DNA from: Kofleriaceae bacterium
GTDB taxonomy: Bacteria; Myxococcota_A; Polyangia; Haliangiales; Haliangiaceae
Reading direction: 5' to 3'
DNA: 64,000 nt
Assembly: GCA_035539815.1 (NCBI GenBank)
Contig: DATLHR010000146.1
Span: forward strand, 8,063 to 72,062
Part shown: positions 59,447-64,000 of the stretch, piece by piece
Position numbering within the stretch: position 1 is the stretch's first letter
Layout of the letters: each line of letters opens with the position of its first letter
The notes under the pieces: generated by a model
Database searches by the model: none
The model's input: only the letters and a program-made list of their open reading frames with translations
Told to the model about the DNA's origin: nothing
Program-made: the position numbers and the translations under genes

Positions 59447-61906
59447 ATGCACAAACACTGGTTGATGGCGCTCGTAGCCGCTGGGCTACTCCTTGGAGCG
59501 ACGGGGTGTCCCGGTATCGATGTAGATGAGAACGAGGTCGGGACCGCGGGACCGCAGGTGGAGTTCGATCCAGCGGCGAGGATCATCCCGTTCCCGAACA
59601 ACCTCCTGATCGACCCGATGACGGGCCTGGTCAATCTGCCCGCGCAGTGCAACGAGTCGGCGACCGCGAAGGCCCTGCGCGAGCAGGTGCTGAACCAGCT
59701 CGACGGCTTCGGCACGTTCGAGGTCGCGATCACCGTGACGTTCACCGAGCCGGTGGATGAAGCGTCGCTGCAGGACCGCGTGGTCCTGTTCCAGCGCACG
59801 GCGGGCGCCAACGCGATCGATCCGGCCGCCGCGCAGGAGGTGCCGGTGATCGTGCGCCGCACTCAGACCACGCGATTCGCGCCCGACTGCGCGACGTCGT
59901 CGATGGTCGAGCAGGTCGCGATCATCCCGCTCGTCCCGCTCGAGCAGAAGTCGAACTACACGGTCGCGTTGCTGAAGGGCATCAAGACGGCGACCGGGGA
60001 GGAGTTCGGACAGTCCTTCACGTGGGCGCTGATCAGCCAGGCCAACCCGCCGGTCGTCCTCGACGACCAGGGCAACGTGATCGTCAATCGCACGCCGCTC
60101 AGCCCGGTCAATCCGGTCGACGAGAACATGAACGGCATCAGCGACGATCTCGAGTCGCTGCGCGGCATCGCGCTGCTGTGGCAGGCGCACGCGCAGGCGG
60201 TCGCGTTCCTCGTCGAGAAGGGCATCCCTCGTAGCGACATCCTGCTCGCGTGGGAGTTCAAGACGCAGACGACGACCGACCCGCTCGATCCAGCGGTCGC
60301 GGGCTCGCCGGCGGCGAACGTGTACAAGAACCCTGCGACGCAGATCGGCTCGCTGACGGCGACGATCAACCGTACGGCCGCACCGTACGTGCTGTGCGAC
60401 CCGGCGGGTGGCGGTCCTGGCACCGACAACAACACCCAGTGCTTCCTCAAGATCGCTCTCGGAGCCGCGTCCGGCGCTCCGACGAACCAGATCTACGCCA
60501 CCGGAAACGCGACTTGTGCGGCCGTCGGCTGCGCGGCCGTGGGCGATGTGCTCGGCGGCAAGTTCAATTCGAAGCAGTACCAGATCGAGACGCCGAACCC
60601 GTTCGATCCGTCCAAGCCCATCCCGGGCCCGTGGAACAACCCGCGAACCCCGACGGTGGTGAAGGATGAGGCGATCGACTTCATCGCGATCGTCCCCGCG
60701 TCGCCGGCGCCGGCCAACGGTTATCCGACCGTGGTGTTCGGCCACGGCCTCGGTAGCTCGAAGAAGACGATCTTCGCGATCGGTCCCCAGCTGAGCGCAC
60801 CGCAGGCAGCGTTCGGCTTCACCAGCGGCTTCATCACGATCGCGATCGACTTCGTCGGCCACGATAGCCGCGCGGTCCGGATCTCGAGTGACGCCGCGAT
60901 CGGCTGCGACGGCACGCCGGATCCGACGGTGAAGCCGCAGTGCTTTGCACCATTCCTCTCGCCGAACCTCGCGACGACGCGCGACGGCATCCGGCAGAGC
61001 GTGCTCGACGTGCATGGCTTGGTCGAGATGCTCAAGGCGTGCGGCAACACGACCTGCGCGACGGCCGCGACCGGGGCCGGAAACTTCCACGTCGACCCGG
61101 CGCACATCTCGTATCTCGGCATCTCGCTGGGCGGCATCATGGGCTCGACGGCGGTCGCCTCGAAGACCGACATCAAGACCGGCCTGCTCAACGTGCCCGG
61201 TGTCGGTTGGGTGGACATCCTCGAGAACACGCAGACGCTCGCGATCCGCTGCTCGCTCGTCGACGGCCTGATCGATGCCGGCATCCTCGTCGGCGACAAG
61301 TCGACGGGGCAGAACCCGCTGTGCTTCGGTGACACGTGGAAGACGCAGCCTGGCTATCGCCAGTTCGCGGCGATCGGCCGCTGGGTCCTCGACCCCGCGG
61401 ACCCCGCGAACTTCACGCAGCGCCTCGCTGCGCGTCGGTTCTTCATCCAGGAGGTCGTCGGCGACACCGTCGTGCCGAACCTCGCGACGGAGAACGAGGG
61501 CGCGCTGACGGGTGTGCTGGGGAGCGCGTTCGCAGGAGCGTGCACGCCGCAGTCCGGGACCGCGCTGCCCACCCCGGAGGTCCTCTCGATGCCGATGACG
61601 AACAAGTTCGCGCGGTACATGTCCACGACGACGCCGGGACCGTGCAACAACGCGGAGAACACGAACCCGGGCACTCCGGGCCAGGTGTTCGTCCACTCGT
61701 CGTTGCTGCGTCCGGCACCCGGTCACTGCGTGAGCATGCCGATGAATACCTGCACCTCGACGAACCAAGCCACGGGTGACGCGCAGTGCACGGCCGCCAA
61801 CGGCGGCACTGCCGACACGTGTGACATCGCCTCGGTGGCTCGTGGGCAGCTCGGTACGAAGCGGCTCCAGACGGATGCCATCACCTACCTCATCCTCAAC
61901 CGCTAA
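59447..61906 (+). CDS. secreted lipoprotein lipase/esterase (alpha/beta hydrolase, GISLG nucleophile)
   Basis: ATG at 59447 has GGAG 6 nt upstream. Lipobox LLLGATGC. The N-terminal region IIPFPNNLLIDPMTGLVNLP resembles bacterial lipase N-terminal domains. GxSxG occurs in ISYLGISLGGIMGS. Confidence 0.7.
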   Translation: MHKHWLMALVAAGLLLGATGCPGIDVDENEVGTAGPQVEFDPAARIIPFPNNLLIDPMTGLVNLPAQCNESATAKALREQVLNQLDGFGTFEVAITVTFTEPVDEASLQDRVVLFQRTAGANAIDPAAAQEVPVIVRRTQTTRFAPDCATSSMVEQVAIIPLVPLEQKSNYTVALLKGIKTATGEEFGQSFTWALISQANPPVVLDDQGNVIVNRTPLSPVNPVDENMNGISDDLESLRGIALLWQAHAQAVAFLVEKGIPRSDILLAWEFKTQTTTDPLDPAVAGSPAANVYKNPATQIGSLTATINRTAAPYVLCDPAGGGPGTDNNTQCFLKIALGAASGAPTNQIYATGNATCAAVGCAAVGDVLGGKFNSKQYQIETPNPFDPSKPIPGPWNNPRTPTVVKDEAIDFIAIVPASPAPANGYPTVVFGHGLGSSKKTIFAIGPQLSAPQAAFGFTSGFITIAIDFVGHDSRAVRISSDAAIGCDGTPDPTVKPQCFAPFLSPNLATTRDGIRQSVLDVHGLVEMLKACGNTTCATAATGAGNFHVDPAHISYLGISLGGIMGSTAVASKTDIKTGLLNVPGVGWVDILENTQTLAIRCSLVDGLIDAGILVGDKSTGQNPLCFGDTWKTQPGYRQFAAIGRWVLDPADPANFTQRLAARRFFIQEVVGDTVVPNLATENEGALTGVLGSAFAGACTPQSGTALPTPEVLSMPMTNKFARYMSTTTPGPCNNAENTNPGTPGQVFVHSSLLRPAPGHCVSMPMNTCTSTNQATGDAQCTAANGGTADTCDIASVARGQLGTKRLQTDAITYLILNR

Positions 61907-61921
61907 CCCCACGAGGAACCA

Positions 61922-63208
61922 ATGCGCACTCACATGAAGACTCTCTCTGCTGCGTTGTTCCTCGTCGCCGGCGCCGCGGGCGTCGCCTCGGGCAACGCGT
62001 TCAACATCAACGAGCACGACGCGAAGGTCACCGGTCGCGGTGGCGCGAGCGTCGCGTCCAACACCGATGCGTCGTCGGTCATCTTCAACCCGGGCGGCAT
62101 CCCGGTCGCCGAAGGGACGCAGGTCTCGGTCGGTGGTTCGCTCTACATCGCGAAGGGCTCGTACGAGCCGCCGGGCGAGGAGCGGATCAAGACCACCTCG
62201 CCCCCGACCCCGGTGCCGAACCTGTTCGTCACCTCGCGCGTCCACGACCTGGTCGCCGTCGGGTTCGGCGTGCACTTCCCGTTCGGCCTCAGCGTCTCGT
62301 GGCCGATCAACCACCCGCAGGCAGACGTCATCACGAACCAGACGCTGCGGACGTACTTCCTGACCCCAGCGGTCGGCATCAACCTCAACAAGTACGTGCC
62401 CGGTCTGTCGATCGGCGGCGGCGTCGACATCGTGCCGGCGACGGTCGAGCTCAAGCGCTCGATCTTCTTCGGTGACGTGACCGGCCAGGCCCACCTCGGC
62501 GGTGATGCGGTCGGCTTCGGTGGCCGTGCGGGCATCCAGTATCACCCCGAGGCGCTGCCGCAGCTCCGCGCCGGCCTGATGTGGCGCAGCAAGGTCGACC
62601 TCGACTTCGAGGGCCAGGCTGACTTCGACATCGCGCAGCCGTTCCGCGATCAGCTGCCGCCCGACGGCGACATCTCGACGTCGATCACGCTGCCGCAGTC
62701 GATCTCCGGCGGTGTCGCGTACAACCCGATCCGGGACCTCCAGGTCGAGCTCAACGTCGTCTGGATCAACTGGAACGTGTTCGACGAGCTGAACATCCAG
62801 CTGCCGGGCGGCGCGGAGTCGATCACGATCGAGGACTACGAGAACACGATCACGTGGCGGGTCGGCGCCGAGTACGCGCTGCCGAAGTACAAGGCGGCCG
62901 TGCGCGCGGGCTTCATCTATGACCCGACGCCGATCCCCGACACCGCGCAGACGGCGCAGCTCCCCGACGTGAACCGCAAGAACGTCACGCTCGGCGGCAG
63001 CTACTACTTCGGCGACTACTCGGCGAACCTCGGCCTGCTCTGGGTGACACCGGGCAACCGCGACACGTCCGACGAGCTCTACATGCCGGTGTTCAAGGCG
63101 AACTACGGCGTTCAGGCCTTCGTGACGTCGTTGAGCATCACCGGCACGTTCGGTGCGGGCGCTGCGAAGACGCCGGCGCCGGACCCGACGCAGACCGCCA
63201 GCCGCTGA
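61922..63208 (+). CDS. FadL/OMPP1/TodX-family outer-membrane hydrophobic-compound transporter
   Basis: Signal peptide then GNAFNINEHDAKVTGRGGASVA...ASSVIFNPGGI, the typical FadL-family N-terminus. A beta-strand pattern runs throughout. 428 aa. Confidence 0.8.
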   Translation: MRTHMKTLSAALFLVAGAAGVASGNAFNINEHDAKVTGRGGASVASNTDASSVIFNPGGIPVAEGTQVSVGGSLYIAKGSYEPPGEERIKTTSPPTPVPNLFVTSRVHDLVAVGFGVHFPFGLSVSWPINHPQADVITNQTLRTYFLTPAVGINLNKYVPGLSIGGGVDIVPATVELKRSIFFGDVTGQAHLGGDAVGFGGRAGIQYHPEALPQLRAGLMWRSKVDLDFEGQADFDIAQPFRDQLPPDGDISTSITLPQSISGGVAYNPIRDLQVELNVVWINWNVFDELNIQLPGGAESITIEDYENTITWRVGAEYALPKYKAAVRAGFIYDPTPIPDTAQTAQLPDVNRKNVTLGGSYYFGDYSANLGLLWVTPGNRDTSDELYMPVFKANYGVQAFVTSLSITGTFGAGAAKTPAPDPTQTASR

Positions 63209-63271
63209 TCGAGGAGAGCCGGCCGCGCGCCGGCGTCGTGAGCGGCCCGCATCTTGCGAGCGTCCAGCGGT

Positions 63272-64000
63272 ATGGATCGCATCGTGATCGCGGGCGCGAC
63301 CGGCTTCATCGGTCAGGCAGCGAGTGAGCGCCTGGCCGGTCGCGCGGAACCGCCCGAGGTCATCGGGCTGACCCGCGGGCGCCAGACCGCGCGCGCGGCA
63401 AGGTCGCAGCTCCTGACGTGCGACCTGTTCTCGCTCCGGGACGTCGAACGCGCCGTCGGCGGAGCTCGCTACGTCGTCTACCTAGTCCACTCGAGGTTGC
63501 CGTCGGCGCGGCTGGTCCAGGGCCGGTTCCAGGATCTCGACCTGATCTGCGCGGACAACGTCGGCCGCGCCGCGCGCGCGGCGGGTGTCGAGCAGATCGT
63601 GTATCTCGGCGGTCTGATCCCCGAGGGCGCGCTGTCGAAGCACCTCGCGAGCCGCCGCGAGGTCGAGCGCGCGCTCGGCGCGTACGATGTCGCGGTCACG
63701 ACGCTCCGCGCGGGCCTCGTGATCGGGCCCGGTGGATCCTCGTTCGAGATCCTGCGTCGCCTGGTCGAGCGCTTGCCGGCGATGATCCTTCCGGCGTGGA
63801 GCGGGCGGCGATGCCAGCCCATCGACCTCGCGACGGTCGCCGCGCTGATCGATCACTGCGTGGGTCGCCGCGAGACGTACGGGCAGACCTACGATATCGG
63901 CGGCCCCGACGTGCTTCGCTACCGCGACATGATCGCGACGACCGCCGCGCAGCTCGGCCGGCGCCGCCCGTTGATCGACCTCCCGATCGAGGCGCGCCGG
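63272..64000 (+). CDS. NAD(P)-binding NmrA/atypical-SDR-like protein (3' end beyond window)
   Basis: ATG at 63272 gives MDRIVIAGATGFIGQAA (Rossmann GxxGxxG). The frame is open to the window end. It is absent from the ORF track because no stop lies within the window. Confidence 0.7.
   Translation, partial: MDRIVIAGATGFIGQAASERLAGRAEPPEVIGLTRGRQTARAARSQLLTCDLFSLRDVERAVGGARYVVYLVHSRLPSARLVQGRFQDLDLICADNVGRAARAAGVEQIVYLGGLIPEGALSKHLASRREVERALGAYDVAVTTLRAGLVIGPGGSSFEILRRLVERLPAMILPAWSGRRCQPIDLATVAALIDHCVGRRETYGQTYDIGGPDVLRYRDMIATTAAQLGRRRPLIDLPIEARR

Noticed and set aside
59213-59460. tRNA-Arg as the left border of a genomic island or prophage
   Set aside because: No integrase, excisionase or phage genes are present, and I could see no direct repeat of the tRNA 3' end in the remaining 4.7 kb. 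The downstream genes look like ordinary lipid-uptake genes. It is kept only as a low-interest note.

Overview
Very GC-rich (about 70%), gene-dense chromosomal segment. The content points to Myxococcota, by inference: many Ser/Thr-kinase and cyclase signalling genes, Cys-rich CGDG...EECDDGN...DGC repeats, and Gly-Cys...TM...RRRRR C-terminal sorting tails. I call about 47 CDS, one tRNA-Arg(TCT) and a few regulatory sites. I saw no rRNA, CRISPR array, transposase or integrase. The many long Arg/Ala/Gly-rich ORFs antisense to these genes are high-GC artefacts. Main blocks: (1) a TonB-receptor/TPR/SBP-like operon and a large thermolysin-clan protease. (2) A five-gene, translationally coupled module at about 6.9-11.4 kb. 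It encodes a coiled-coil protein, a membrane protein with a Roadblock-like segment and an OmpA-type peptidoglycan anchor, a Rab/Ras-like small GTPase, a soluble histidine kinase and a receiver-only double response regulator. This is my best candidate for an uncharacterised system. (3) A pepQ / 4xFKBP / APH-like kinase operon. (4) A pseudokinase-pseudoreceiver fusion and two class III cyclases. (5) A six-gene overlapping operon that joins class-III-type PHA synthase, a 90-aa PhaE-like protein and an acyl-CoA ligase to envelope proteins. PhaR, a phasin and four TTGC-N3-GCAA putative operators lie next to it. (6) A 1346-aa adhesin with 10 tandem repeats, a C-type lectin domain and a lamin-tail domain. 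(7) A Ser/Thr kinase followed by three tandem metzincin/snapalysin-like paralogs, each with Gln in place of the first zinc-binding His and a GGCC...RRRRR tail. (8) tRNA-Arg followed by a lipase and a FadL pair. All family calls rest on motifs read by eye, and no database search was run. Gene coordinates follow ORF-track arithmetic, and small motif coordinates may be off by 1-2 nt.
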